From assembly GCA_902528485.1 (NCBI GenBank), contig CABZTA010000001.1, positions 22,955 to 86,954 on the forward strand: a stretch of DNA of 64,000 nt, read 5' to 3'. Of the stretch, positions 28,607 through 36,914 are shown one piece after another (positions within the stretch are counted from its first letter, which is position 1; each line of letters starts with the position of its first letter). The notes under the pieces were generated by a model, which saw nothing but the letters and a program-made list of their open reading frames with translations, had not been told where the DNA came from and made no database searches. A program made the translations under genes and the position numbers. The stretch is from an uncultured SAR86 cluster bacterium. GTDB taxonomy: Bacteria > Pseudomonadota > Gammaproteobacteria > Magnimaribacterales > AG-339-G14.

Positions 28607-31160
28607 AAAAGTTATAAGTTCTGCCGGTTGGATCATGCAACCTGGTGTCAAAACTAAAATCGGGCGCGTCATATAATCTTGGCGCTTTCTTATTCAAAAA
28701 GTTAATGATCCCAAATTTTAAATCGAGTTTCCCTGTTTCTAATGAAAATGATCTAGTGATAGAGATATCATGGACTAAGAATTCATCAACTTCATTTGTG
28801 TATCCTAAGGATTTTGCATAATCGCTTATTACTCTTTCATTTGAATATCTAGAGACATACCTTGAAGCCCAATCAAGACTGAATTCATTATAATTCCAAG
28901 ATAAGAAAATATTAATCTTATTTTTTGGTAAAGAATGCGTGTGCGCATCGTAATTAAATTTACCTACTCTATCTATCAATTCTTCCTTGTCATTATTCTC
29001 TTCAGGATGAGGAGTTAAGAAGTAAAATAATGTCGTGGATGAAACTTTAAAGTTTAAACTTCCAAGTCTTTCGAATTCGTGAATTACATTTGCTGAAAAA
29101 TCTAACCCATTTATATAAGATCTTTCCTCGTTGATGTATGAGGCTGTAACGCCTGTAATCTCTCCAGAAGAATTCCTTGAAATGCTAGGACTCAAAGGAT
29201 TGTTTAATACCATTGCCTGAGCGCTTTCTGCTCCAATTCTGTCTTTGTAACGAAAATCAAAAAAATCAAAGCTAATTGACGAAGCATTCGATGGAAAAAT
29301 CAAAAATCCTAAATTGGTATTTATTGACTTTGCTGGCTTAAGATTTGGATTTCCAATTTGGCCCTGTCTAACAAAAACACTTCCTGTAACGTCTCTGACG
29401 CTTCCCAGGACAATATCTGATCCATACATTTGAGCCATGGAGGGCATTGTAAATGAAGAACTTGAAGAAAATCTTAGAGCAAAGACATCGCTCGGTTGAT
29501 ATTTGATAGATATTTTTGGATCCAAAGATTCTTGGCTTGAGAAATTTTCATACCTTAAGGCAAATCTCAAATCTAGGTTATTTGAAAAAATTTGGTTGAT
29601 TTCAACAAAGGCAGCTACTTTTGATCTACTTTGTGAAACATCCGTTCCCCCGCCTAGGAAAAATAGATCGGCCTGTTTAGTGATGCTGCCATTTGAATCA
29701 ATTTCTATTCTACTTAAATCATTGTACTTGATATCTAAAACATCCTTTGCGATTTGAAAACCTGTCGAATAGTTTAGAGAATCCGTAGAAGATACAAATA
29801 TTCCATCTATAGAGGAAAGAGCGCCTCCTTTTTCAGTAATTAAGTTGCCTTTTATATACTCTACTAACTCACTTGAGTTTGTGTCAGAAAATAAATTCCA
29901 TAGCTTATCTTGAGTTACGCCCCCTTTTCCTTGGAGAGCATCCAAAAATCTTGAATTTATAATGTCGGGTCTAATGGCTAAATTATTATGAGAACTTTGC
30001 GAAACTGATAATTCAAAAAATTGACTGTTTTTAAAAGAAAACTTTAATGTATTAGTTATATGATATTGAGAAATATTTTTTGTTGAATTAGGCGATGGAT
30101 AATTGGCTCCTAAAGGTCTACCTCTCCATTTTATTTCATTCTTGAATGGGCTACCTCCTTCGTTCGGCAATATGTTTCTTGAAATAAAAGGTAGTGCTGG
30201 ATAAGAAGGAGATTGAGGATTATCTAAAACATCCACTTTGGCATAAATCAAAATTAATTCATTACTTTCAAGATAGGAATCTTCAATATTGGAAGTCAGA
30301 TTTAAATATCCCTTGTTATGTCTTTCTTTATTTATGATATTGAATCTCTCACCATAGGCAAACTTACAAAAGCCCCCTAGAATTAATCCTCCATTAATCT
30401 CACAGTTTGGATCAGGGATCTTTGCATTTGCATCATAGGAACCTTGGTAATCACCAGATAAAATTTCTTCAGATTCAGTTGTTATAAATGTTTTGCCAAA
30501 GGTACTGATTGAAAGATCTGCTATTCCATTGATTTCTTTTGCTGACAAAGGCGATCTAAAAAAACTTTCAAGCCCTACAACTAGATGATTTTTATCCTCT
30601 TTAGCGCCATACAAAAATCCTAATTTGTTATCATTTTGAGAATAAGACTCAACAAATTGGTTATCAGTTCTAAAAAGAAATCCTTCAAAATCTTTATAAG
30701 TAAGAACATTAACAACGCCAGCTACAGCATCAGATCCATATAAAGAAGTTGCTCCCTCTTTAAAAATCTCAATTTTTTTAACGGCAATATCAGGAATTAT
30801 ATTTGCATCAATGTATCCCTCACCCTCTCGTGAAGGTGTTCCTGAAAAGGTTTGTCTCTTTGTATTAATTAAAAGAAGAGTCGAAGCATGACCCAGCCCC
30901 CTCAAGGTGATCGATGACAGTCCTTGATCTTCACCATCCATGGCATTAGTTTGAAAATGAGATCCTGAAACAGAAGGAACATATCTTGAAATCTCAGCCA
31001 AGCTAATGGTATTGAGTTTACGATAATCATCTATAGAAAAAATTTCAATTGGACTTAAATCGGAATCAGAATTATTTATATACGACCCTGTAACTATTAC
31101 TTCTTCCTCAGCGAATAAGAATTGAGAAAAAATAAAAGCAAAAGAAAACAGAATTTTCAT
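28587..31160 (-). CDS. TonB-dependent outer-membrane receptor
   Basis: 857 aa with signal peptide, plug-domain sequence (VIVTGSY..., RGLGHASTLLLIN, GSDAVAGVVNV) and a beta-barrel region rich in alternating aromatic residues. Confidence 0.85.
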   Translation of the reverse strand: MKILFSFAFIFSQFLFAEEEVIVTGSYINNSDSDLSPIEIFSIDDYRKLNTISLAEISRYVPSVSGSHFQTNAMDGEDQGLSSITLRGLGHASTLLLINTKRQTFSGTPSREGEGYIDANIIPDIAVKKIEIFKEGATSLYGSDAVAGVVNVLTYKDFEGFLFRTDNQFVESYSQNDNKLGFLYGAKEDKNHLVVGLESFFRSPLSAKEINGIADLSISTFGKTFITTESEEILSGDYQGSYDANAKIPDPNCEINGGLILGGFCKFAYGERFNIINKERHNKGYLNLTSNIEDSYLESNELILIYAKVDVLDNPQSPSYPALPFISRNILPNEGGSPFKNEIKWRGRPLGANYPSPNSTKNISQYHITNTLKFSFKNSQFFELSVSQSSHNNLAIRPDIINSRFLDALQGKGGVTQDKLWNLFSDTNSSELVEYIKGNLITEKGGALSSIDGIFVSSTDSLNYSTGFQIAKDVLDIKYNDLSRIEIDSNGSITKQADLFFLGGGTDVSQSRSKVAAFVEINQIFSNNLDLRFALRYENFSSQESLDPKISIKYQPSDVFALRFSSSSSFTMPSMAQMYGSDIVLGSVRDVTGSVFVRQGQIGNPNLKPAKSINTNLGFLIFPSNASSISFDFFDFRYKDRIGAESAQAMVLNNPLSPSISRNSSGEITGVTASYINEERSYINGLDFSANVIHEFERLGSLNFKVSSTTLFYFLTPHPEENNDKEELIDRVGKFNYDAHTHSLPKNKINIFLSWNYNEFSLDWASRYVSRYSNERVISDYAKSLGYTNEVDEFLVHDISITRSFSLETGKLDLKFGIINFLNKKAPRLYDAPDFSFDTRLHDPTGRTYNFSIQYQL

Positions 31161-31193
31161 GAAATTTTAAGGATTAAAGATAGATTTATTATT

Positions 31194-32084
31194 TTATTTT
31201 ATAGAATCATTTACTAGATCTTTTGGATCAGGAATTTCAGAAAATCTATCTTTAGAATTGGAAAACATATTTTCTGGAGATACAGATTCAAACCTTGCTT
31301 CATTATCATAAGGATCAGAATAAAAACCTAGAACATAACCGCCCTTTGAATATCCTATTAAAGATTTTAATTCTGAGCTCAAATCTTTAGCTATATCTGG
31401 TGGACAAGATAGATATTGATTTTCCTGCTGCCTTATCCAATTAACTGCATAGTGGAGAAACACTCCGGTTCTTGTGATATTTTTAGTAATATTTTCTCCT
31501 CCGCCATGTAGCACAGTTCCTGTGTATATTAATACAGAGCCTGCATCCATTTCAGCAAAAGCAATTTCTTTTTCAAGCGGCTGCCTGTTTTTATCCCATT
31601 TATGAGAGCCTGGAACTATTTGTGTAGCTCCATTTGCTTTTGTAAATTCGTTTATTGCCCATATAGTGCTTAAAAGAGGCTCTACTTTTCTGGGTAAATA
31701 TCCGCCCCATATTCCCCTATCCCTGTGAAGTATTTGTGAAGATTCACCAGGCCCAATACTCACCGCAGATGTAAAGTGTAATTGATAGCCATCACAATAC
31801 GGTTTTAGGTATTGAGTGGCAGTTTCATTGATTAATTTGTTTAAAGCTAATTCCCTGCATTTTTTTGACCGCGCAATGAGGGCCCCTATCCTATTAGTTT
31901 TAAAACCTGTGAACTCATCACGACCTAGATTGTCACTCAACAAGAAAGGATTTAACTCTTCATTAAGCTCAGCTAGAAAATCAGAATTAACAACATTATC
32001 AATGATAACCCCAGCATCTCTTTCAAGCACTTCTAGAATACTATCGACAGATGAAGTTGATGGAAGATGTTTTAATTCAGCCAT
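31194..32084 (-). CDS. phytanoyl-CoA dioxygenase (PhyH) family Fe(II)/2-oxoglutarate dioxygenase
   Basis: 296 aa with an HxD (ILHRD) ... H (VLHGGGEN) facial triad pattern and PhyH-like length. Confidence 0.8.
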   Translation of the reverse strand: MAELKHLPSTSSVDSILEVLERDAGVIIDNVVNSDFLAELNEELNPFLLSDNLGRDEFTGFKTNRIGALIARSKKCRELALNKLINETATQYLKPYCDGYQLHFTSAVSIGPGESSQILHRDRGIWGGYLPRKVEPLLSTIWAINEFTKANGATQIVPGSHKWDKNRQPLEKEIAFAEMDAGSVLIYTGTVLHGGGENITKNITRTGVFLHYAVNWIRQQENQYLSCPPDIAKDLSSELKSLIGYSKGGYVLGFYSDPYDNEARFESVSPENMFSNSKDRFSEIPDPKDLVNDSIK

Positions 32085-32112
32085 TTTTTGAATTCTACCT
32101 TAAATTTATCCA

Positions 32113-32145
32113 ACAAAAAAAAGGGAGGTTAAAAAACCTCCCTTT
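32113..32145 (-). terminator. rho-independent terminator of the small YRG-repeat ORF
   Basis: On the minus strand: AAAGGGAGGTT-tttt-AACCTCCCTTT followed by a T9 run, 17 nt after the TAA at 32162. Confidence 0.7.
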
Positions 32146-32161
32146 AATTCATAACTTTCAG

Positions 32162-32323
32162 TTATGCAGCAGTCTTGACACCACGGTAAATACCAGGTGT
32201 TTTTGACGACTTTTTGACAACGTTTGCGTTGTGCTTAGTTCCTCTGTAGTTTAAGTCAGAAGCCTTTTCAGACTTTGAATTAACATCAGCAGAAACTTCA
32301 ACGCCTCTATAAAGAGTAGTCAT
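32162..32323 (-). CDS. unannotated 53-aa protein with three YRG repeats (DUF4278 / downstream-peptide-like)
   Basis: Hand translation: MTTLYRGVEVSADVNSKSEKASDLNYRGTKHNANVVKKSSKTPGIYRGVKTAA*. A GGAGGAA Shine-Dalgarno lies 5 nt upstream of the ATG and the ORF has its own terminator. It is below the ORF-track length cutoff. Confidence 0.65.
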   Translation of the reverse strand: MTTLYRGVEVSADVNSKSEKASDLNYRGTKHNANVVKKSSKTPGIYRGVKTAA

Positions 32324-32383
32324 ATCGTTCCTCCAGTTTTCGTTTCAAACGTACATATACCAATTGGTATACACCCTTATCAA

Positions 32384-32520
32384 CGCGTTCCTTCGGTAGA
32401 TATTCGGTCTCGTTCCCAATTTCTTGGTACTTGCTTACCTTTCTTTAAGATCAAAGAAAGAGGTTTTCCTATCTCCCTACTTCCGTTTAATAAACTTAAA
32501 GAAGTTTACTAAATGAACGT
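32384..32520 (-). promoter_or_regulatory. glutamine riboswitch-like aptamer (glnA RNA motif / glutamine-I class), with an unusually long second arm
   Basis: Minus strand, in order: CGUUCA (32519-32514); a 12-bp hairpin (32513-32486); ACGGAAGUAGGGA (32486-32474); a long arm closed by AGAUA/UAUCU; CGAAGGAACGCG (32395-32384). CGUUC/GAACG can form P1. Blocks and order match the remembered consensus. Confidence 0.6.
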
Positions 32521-32526
32521 AAATTG

Positions 32527-32535
32527 ATTATACCA
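32527..32535 (-). promoter_or_regulatory. extended -10 promoter (TGgTATAAT) for the riboswitch/small-ORF unit
   Basis: The minus strand reads aTGgTATAAT. The predicted TSS about 7 nt downstream coincides with the first nucleotide of the CGUUCA block. No good -35 element. Confidence 0.45.
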
Positions 32536-32544
32536 TTTTTTTAA

Positions 32545-32584
32545 AAAAATAAAAAAAACAGGCGAGATAAAATCTCGCCTGTTT
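32545..32584 (-). terminator. rho-independent terminator of glnK-amtB
   Basis: CAGGCGAGAT-aaa-ATCTCGCCTG stem, followed on the minus strand by a long T-rich run, about 20 nt after the amtB stop. Confidence 0.7.
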
Positions 32585-32603
32585 GCGGGAGGAAAAAATA
32601 AAC

Positions 32604-33839
32604 TTAGTCGAACTCTGGGTAAGCCTCTACTCCAATTTCAGTAGAATCAAGACCTGCCGCTTGTTCTTCATCAGTTGCTCTTATTGCTAAGAACATATTG
32701 ATGATGTAGATAACTATTAAGCTAGCAACATAAGTGAATCCTGCGATAGCAAGAACTCCGTAGAACTGCCATAGGAATGAAGCATCCGAAGTGAAAGGAA
32801 CAACCATTACTCCGTAAATACCTACTGTACCGTGAGCAGAAATAGCACCAACTGGATCATCCATTTTTAAGGTTTTCTCAAAGAATAATATTGAGAAGTA
32901 GACTAGGACACCACCGATTGCACCAATGATTACTGCTTCACCACCTGTAGGTGCGCTCGGACCTGCAGTAATAGCTACTAATCCAGCAATGGCTCCGTTT
33001 ATGGCCATTGTGACATCCGATTTGCCAGTTAGAATAAGGCTTGTGAGTAATGCGGCAACTACACCACCTGCTGCAGACATGTTTGTATTCATGAATACTT
33101 GACTCACTGCGATTGCACTTGCTTCATCACTGATGATCAATTCTGACCCACCGTTGAATCCAAACCAACCTAACCAGAGTATCCATGCTCCTAATGCAGC
33201 GATCGGAATATTTGAGCCTGGCATCGCATTGACTGAACCATCCATACCGTACTTTCCTTTTCTAGGACCGAGAACTGTGACTAAAGCTAAAGCTGCAGCC
33301 GCTCCACATAAGTGAACTGTTCCTGAACCTGCGTAGTCTGAATAACCTCCAGAGCTTAAGAAACCGCCGCCCCAATTCCAATAACCTTGAATAGGGTAAA
33401 TGAAACCAGTAAGGATAATAGCGAACAAGAAGAATGGTAAAAGTTTCATTCTTCCGGCTACGGCTCCTGAAACAATAGACATAGCTGTTGCAACAAAGAC
33501 TACTTGGAAAAAGAAGTCAGCTTGTTGAGAATAGTCCATACCATATTCCATTCCAATTTCTTCGATAGGAAGAGCTGTTGATAGACCCCATGAAGATCCA
33601 ATACCAGGAATAACTCCATCGATTAGTGAGGATCCGGGATACATTAAAATAAATCCGCATGCTAGATACATGATGCAAGCAATTGAATATAAACCTAAAT
33701 TTTTTGTTACGATTTCCGATACGTCTTTCTTTTGAACCAATCCAGCTTCCAACATTGTGAAACCAGCAGCCATAAACATAACTAAGGCACCAGCCATAAT
33801 TGCGTAAAAGGTATCTACCGCAAATTTTATTTCATCCAT
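32604..33839 (-). CDS. amtB: ammonium transporter
   Basis: 411 aa with Amt/MEP signature regions (DYAGSGTVHLCGAAAAL, WFGFNGGS, GAISAHGTVGIYG). Confidence 0.93.
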   Translation of the reverse strand: MDEIKFAVDTFYAIMAGALVMFMAAGFTMLEAGLVQKKDVSEIVTKNLGLYSIACIMYLACGFILMYPGSSLIDGVIPGIGSSWGLSTALPIEEIGMEYGMDYSQQADFFFQVVFVATAMSIVSGAVAGRMKLLPFFLFAIILTGFIYPIQGYWNWGGGFLSSGGYSDYAGSGTVHLCGAAAALALVTVLGPRKGKYGMDGSVNAMPGSNIPIAALGAWILWLGWFGFNGGSELIISDEASAIAVSQVFMNTNMSAAGGVVAALLTSLILTGKSDVTMAINGAIAGLVAITAGPSAPTGGEAVIIGAIGGVLVYFSILFFEKTLKMDDPVGAISAHGTVGIYGVMVVPFTSDASFLWQFYGVLAIAGFTYVASLIVIYIINMFLAIRATDEEQAAGLDSTEIGVEAYPEFD

Positions 33840-33854
33840 TAAAATCTCCTAAAA

Positions 33855-34193
33855 TTAAATAGCTTTTGAGCCTGTCTCACCTGTTCTAATTCTTACAACA
33901 TCAGTAAGTTCAGTTATAAAAATTTTCCCGTCGCCAATCTTTCCTGTACCAGCAGCATTTCTGACAGCCTCGATGATTGATGAAGTTTCACCATCATCAC
34001 AAGCTACCTGAAACATTACTTTAGGATTCGTATCTGCACGATACTCAGTACCCCGGTAGGTTTCGGATTGACCTTTTTGTGACCCATAACCTGAGGCTTC
34101 TATTATTGTTGCACCACCTATACCTGAAGAATGTAAAGCTTCCTTAACTAATTCAGTTTTTGATGGTTTTACAATCAATGTAAGTAACTTCAT
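33855..34193 (-). CDS. glnK: nitrogen regulatory protein P-II
   Basis: 112 aa. MKLLTLIVKP...GYGSQKGQSETYRGTEY is the T-loop with Tyr51, and TGKIGDGKIFI is present. The gene lies directly upstream of amtB. Confidence 0.93.
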   Translation of the reverse strand: MKLLTLIVKPSKTELVKEALHSSGIGGATIIEASGYGSQKGQSETYRGTEYRADTNPKVMFQVACDDGETSSIIEAVRNAAGTGKIGDGKIFITELTDVVRIRTGETGSKAI

Positions 34194-34258
34194 AAGGGCT
34201 CAATAACTAAGCCCTAACAATGTTAAGGAAATAATTAGACTAGATTGAACTAAATTAG

Positions 34259-34274
34259 TGCATCGCTATTGCCT
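34259..34274 (-). promoter_or_regulatory. candidate sigma54 (-24/-12) promoter for glnK-amtB
   Basis: The minus strand reads aGGCAATAGCGATGCA, with GG-N10-GC spacing and GGCA...TGCA matching TGGCAC-N5-TTGCA. It lies about 65 nt upstream of the glnK ATG. No clear NtrC site found. Confidence 0.35.
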
Positions 34275-34335
34275 ATACAAAGGGAATTTCAGCCAAGGAA
34301 GATAGCTTTGCCTTATAATAGAACACTACTTAAGG

Positions 34336-34410
34336 TGGCGTCCCCTAGGGGATTCGAACCCCTGTTGCCGAGATGAAAACCCGGTGTCCTAACCACTAGA
34401 CGAAGGGGAC
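34336..34410 (-). tRNA. tRNA-Glu (UUC)
   Basis: Reverse complement: GTCCCCT...AGGGGAC acceptor, anticodon loop TTTTCAT, T arm AGGGG-TTCGAAT-CCCCT. CCA is encoded. Near-identical architecture to E. coli tRNA-Glu. Confidence 0.93.
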
Positions 34411-34441
34411 AACATAGGAAAGCGATTTTAGCACGCTTTAT

Positions 34442-35167
34442 TTATTTGTTAAGTCGATCTTCAAGCTTAGACAAAATTCCTCTAAGGATACCTATTTCAA
34501 GTTTATCTAGCTGCATTCTCTTTGTGAGTCTTCTCAAACGAGCAGGAACTTGTTTAGGATTTTTATGATCATAAAAGTCTAATAACTCTAGTACTGTTTC
34601 AATGTGCTCAATTAATTTTTCTTTTTGCATGCTTGTTGCCAAATCAACTTCTCTTTGTTGGCCTATTAAATCTGATGAAAAAGATTCCCTATATATTTCA
34701 TAAGCTACTATCTGCACTGCGTGCGATAAGTTTAACGAGCTATCTTTAGAAGTAGGAATTTGAAGGTGAAAGTCACATTTTCCAAGATCCTCATTATCTA
34801 ATCCAACTGCTTCGTTACCAAAAACTATAGAAACTTCGTCTTTATTTGCTAGAGATTCATTAATATTTTTTCCTAAGTTACTTACCTCCATCATTGGCCA
34901 CGGCATAGATCTTGATCTGGCGCTTGTTCCAATAATCAAATTTGATGTACCGATTGCTTCATTTATATTTTTGTAAACTTTAGCTTTTTCTAAAACTTTC
35001 TTCCCTGATTTAGCCCTTGCTTCGGCTTCTTTACTTGGAAATTCTTTAGGATTCACTAATAATAAATTTAAGATGCCCATAGAGTTCATTGCTCTGGCAC
35101 AAGCTCCGATATTTCCGGGATGGGAAGTTTCTACGAGAACAAAATTTAAATTTTGAAATATTTTCAT
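34442..35167 (-). CDS. trmJ: tRNA (cytidine/uridine-2'-O)-methyltransferase TrmJ (SpoU family)
   Basis: 241 aa. LVETSHPGNIGACARAMNSMG matches the TrmJ N-terminus. Divergent from suhB, as in E. coli. Confidence 0.8.
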   Translation of the reverse strand: MKIFQNLNFVLVETSHPGNIGACARAMNSMGILNLLLVNPKEFPSKEAEARAKSGKKVLEKAKVYKNINEAIGTSNLIIGTSARSRSMPWPMMEVSNLGKNINESLANKDEVSIVFGNEAVGLDNEDLGKCDFHLQIPTSKDSSLNLSHAVQIVAYEIYRESFSSDLIGQQREVDLATSMQKEKLIEHIETVLELLDFYDHKNPKQVPARLRRLTKRMQLDKLEIGILRGILSKLEDRLNK

Positions 35168-35223
35168 AATAATCTAAGCATTATAATTATGATTCATCAT
35201 CGTCTGTTACACTAGCATCCCTC

Positions 35224-36015
35224 ATGGAGCCTAAAGTTAACATTGCAATTAAAGCTGCTCGTCTTGCTGCAAAGGAAATTCACTATTTTTACAAAAGAAG
35301 AGAAAAACTGACCATATCTGAGAAGGCTCCTGTAGATTTCGTAACTCAAGTCGACAAAAAAGTTGAAGCAATCCTCATAGATACAATAAGAGAGTCATTC
35401 CCCGATCATTCTTTTCATGGAGAGGAATCGGGTTTCATTGGTAACCCCAGGGCAGAGTGTAAGTGGATAATAGATCCTCTTGATGGAACGACAAATTTTA
35501 TTCATGGATTTCCTTATTTTTCTATTTCCATTGCTTGTTATATCAACAATGAACCTGAGCATGCCATCATTGTTGACGTTTCCAGAAATGATGAGTTCAC
35601 TGCAAGTAAAGGGAAAGGAGCATACCTCAATCAAACAAGAATCAGGGTAAGCAAAATCAGAGGTCTAAGAGGTTCACTTCTTTCCTCGTCGTCTCACTTT
35701 GATGAAGATAATGAACCTAAACTAGATCAATTGATGGCAATGAGAAATTTATATTCACACGGTTTAACTATCAGGCGAACTGGATCCACAGCTCTAGATC
35801 TTGCATACGTTGCAGCTGGTTATTTGGATGGTTTTTGGGGCTATGGTCTAAAGCAGTGGGATGTTGCTGCCGGCATTTTATTGGTTAAAGAAGCAGGAGG
35901 ACTTGTCACTGACATTTTAGGAAATCCAGATCCTTATGACAGCCACCATTTAATTGCATGCAGTCCTAAATGTATGCCGCCAATGCTGAGAGCATTTATT
36001 GACGCGACTTCCTAA
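35224..36015 (+). CDS. suhB: inositol monophosphatase family protein SuhB
   Basis: 263 aa with WIIDPLDGTTNF and WDVAAG motifs. Confidence 0.85.
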   Translation: MEPKVNIAIKAARLAAKEIHYFYKRREKLTISEKAPVDFVTQVDKKVEAILIDTIRESFPDHSFHGEESGFIGNPRAECKWIIDPLDGTTNFIHGFPYFSISIACYINNEPEHAIIVDVSRNDEFTASKGKGAYLNQTRIRVSKIRGLRGSLLSSSSHFDEDNEPKLDQLMAMRNLYSHGLTIRRTGSTALDLAYVAAGYLDGFWGYGLKQWDVAAGILLVKEAGGLVTDILGNPDPYDSHHLIACSPKCMPPMLRAFIDATS

Positions 36016-36914
36016 GGCATTCCGTCATCAAAACTGTCTTTAGATCTTTCAGCAAGATCATCTGCACTAATGTTCATGGAGAGTAAAACATTGGTTAAAA
36101 CGTAAATTGATGAATAAGTCCCGATAACAACTCCTATGGATAAAGCGATAGCAAAATTTCTGATAATCTCTCCACCCAAGAAAAGTAGGGAAAATAAAAC
36201 TAATAACGTAGTCAGTGATGTGATTAGAGTTCGGCCCAAGGTATTGTTGAGAGATCTATTGATGACTTGTTCACTATTTAACTTTCTCTTAGCTCTAAAA
36301 TTTTCTCTGATCCTATCTGAAACTACAATCGTATCATTCAAAGAATATCCAATGACTGCCATAAGCGCTGCCAAGACTGAAAGATCAAATTCCATTCTAA
36401 ATATTGAGAAAATACCCAAGACAATTAGAACATCATGAAAAAGAGCAACGACAGCTCCAATTGCAAATTTGTATTGAAACCTAAACATGATATAAATCAT
36501 CATAACTAGCAAAGCTGCTAAAAGACCCAGCCCTCCTTGATCTCTTAACTCACCGCCAACTTGGGGCCCAACAAAACCTGACCTTCTCAATTGAAATGAA
36601 TATTGTTCTCTTAGAGAATCAATAACTATATTCGCATTTTCTATATTCTCTGAACTTGGTATTTTGATAAGTAAGTCTTTATCAGAACCAAAAGCCTGCA
36701 CTAAAGCATCTATCTCTTTTGCTTCAAGATAAATTCTTATCTCTTCTGGATCAATAGTTTCAGAAAATCCAACTTCCACAAGAGTTCCTCCTGTAAAATC
36801 TAAACCAAGTTGGAGTTGTTGAATAGAGATCGTAGCTAGAGACACCAAAATCAAAGAACCAGACACAATCAGAGCAATGAATCTGAATCTAAGAAAATCT
36901 AAATTAAAGTTCAT
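36012..36914 (-). CDS. secF: protein translocase subunit SecF
   Basis: 300 aa with LGLDFTGGT and a 6-TM SecDF core. Follows secD with a 1-nt overlap. Confidence 0.9.
   Translation of the reverse strand: MNFNLDFLRFRFIALIVSGSLILVSLATISIQQLQLGLDFTGGTLVEVGFSETIDPEEIRIYLEAKEIDALVQAFGSDKDLLIKIPSSENIENANIVIDSLREQYSFQLRRSGFVGPQVGGELRDQGGLGLLAALLVMMIYIMFRFQYKFAIGAVVALFHDVLIVLGIFSIFRMEFDLSVLAALMAVIGYSLNDTIVVSDRIRENFRAKRKLNSEQVINRSLNNTLGRTLITSLTTLLVLFSLLFLGGEIIRNFAIALSIGVVIGTYSSIYVLTNVLLSMNISADDLAERSKDSFDDGMP

Noticed and set aside
31816-32091. 91-aa plus-strand ORF antisense to the PhyH gene
   Set aside because: It lies inside a motif-supported gene.
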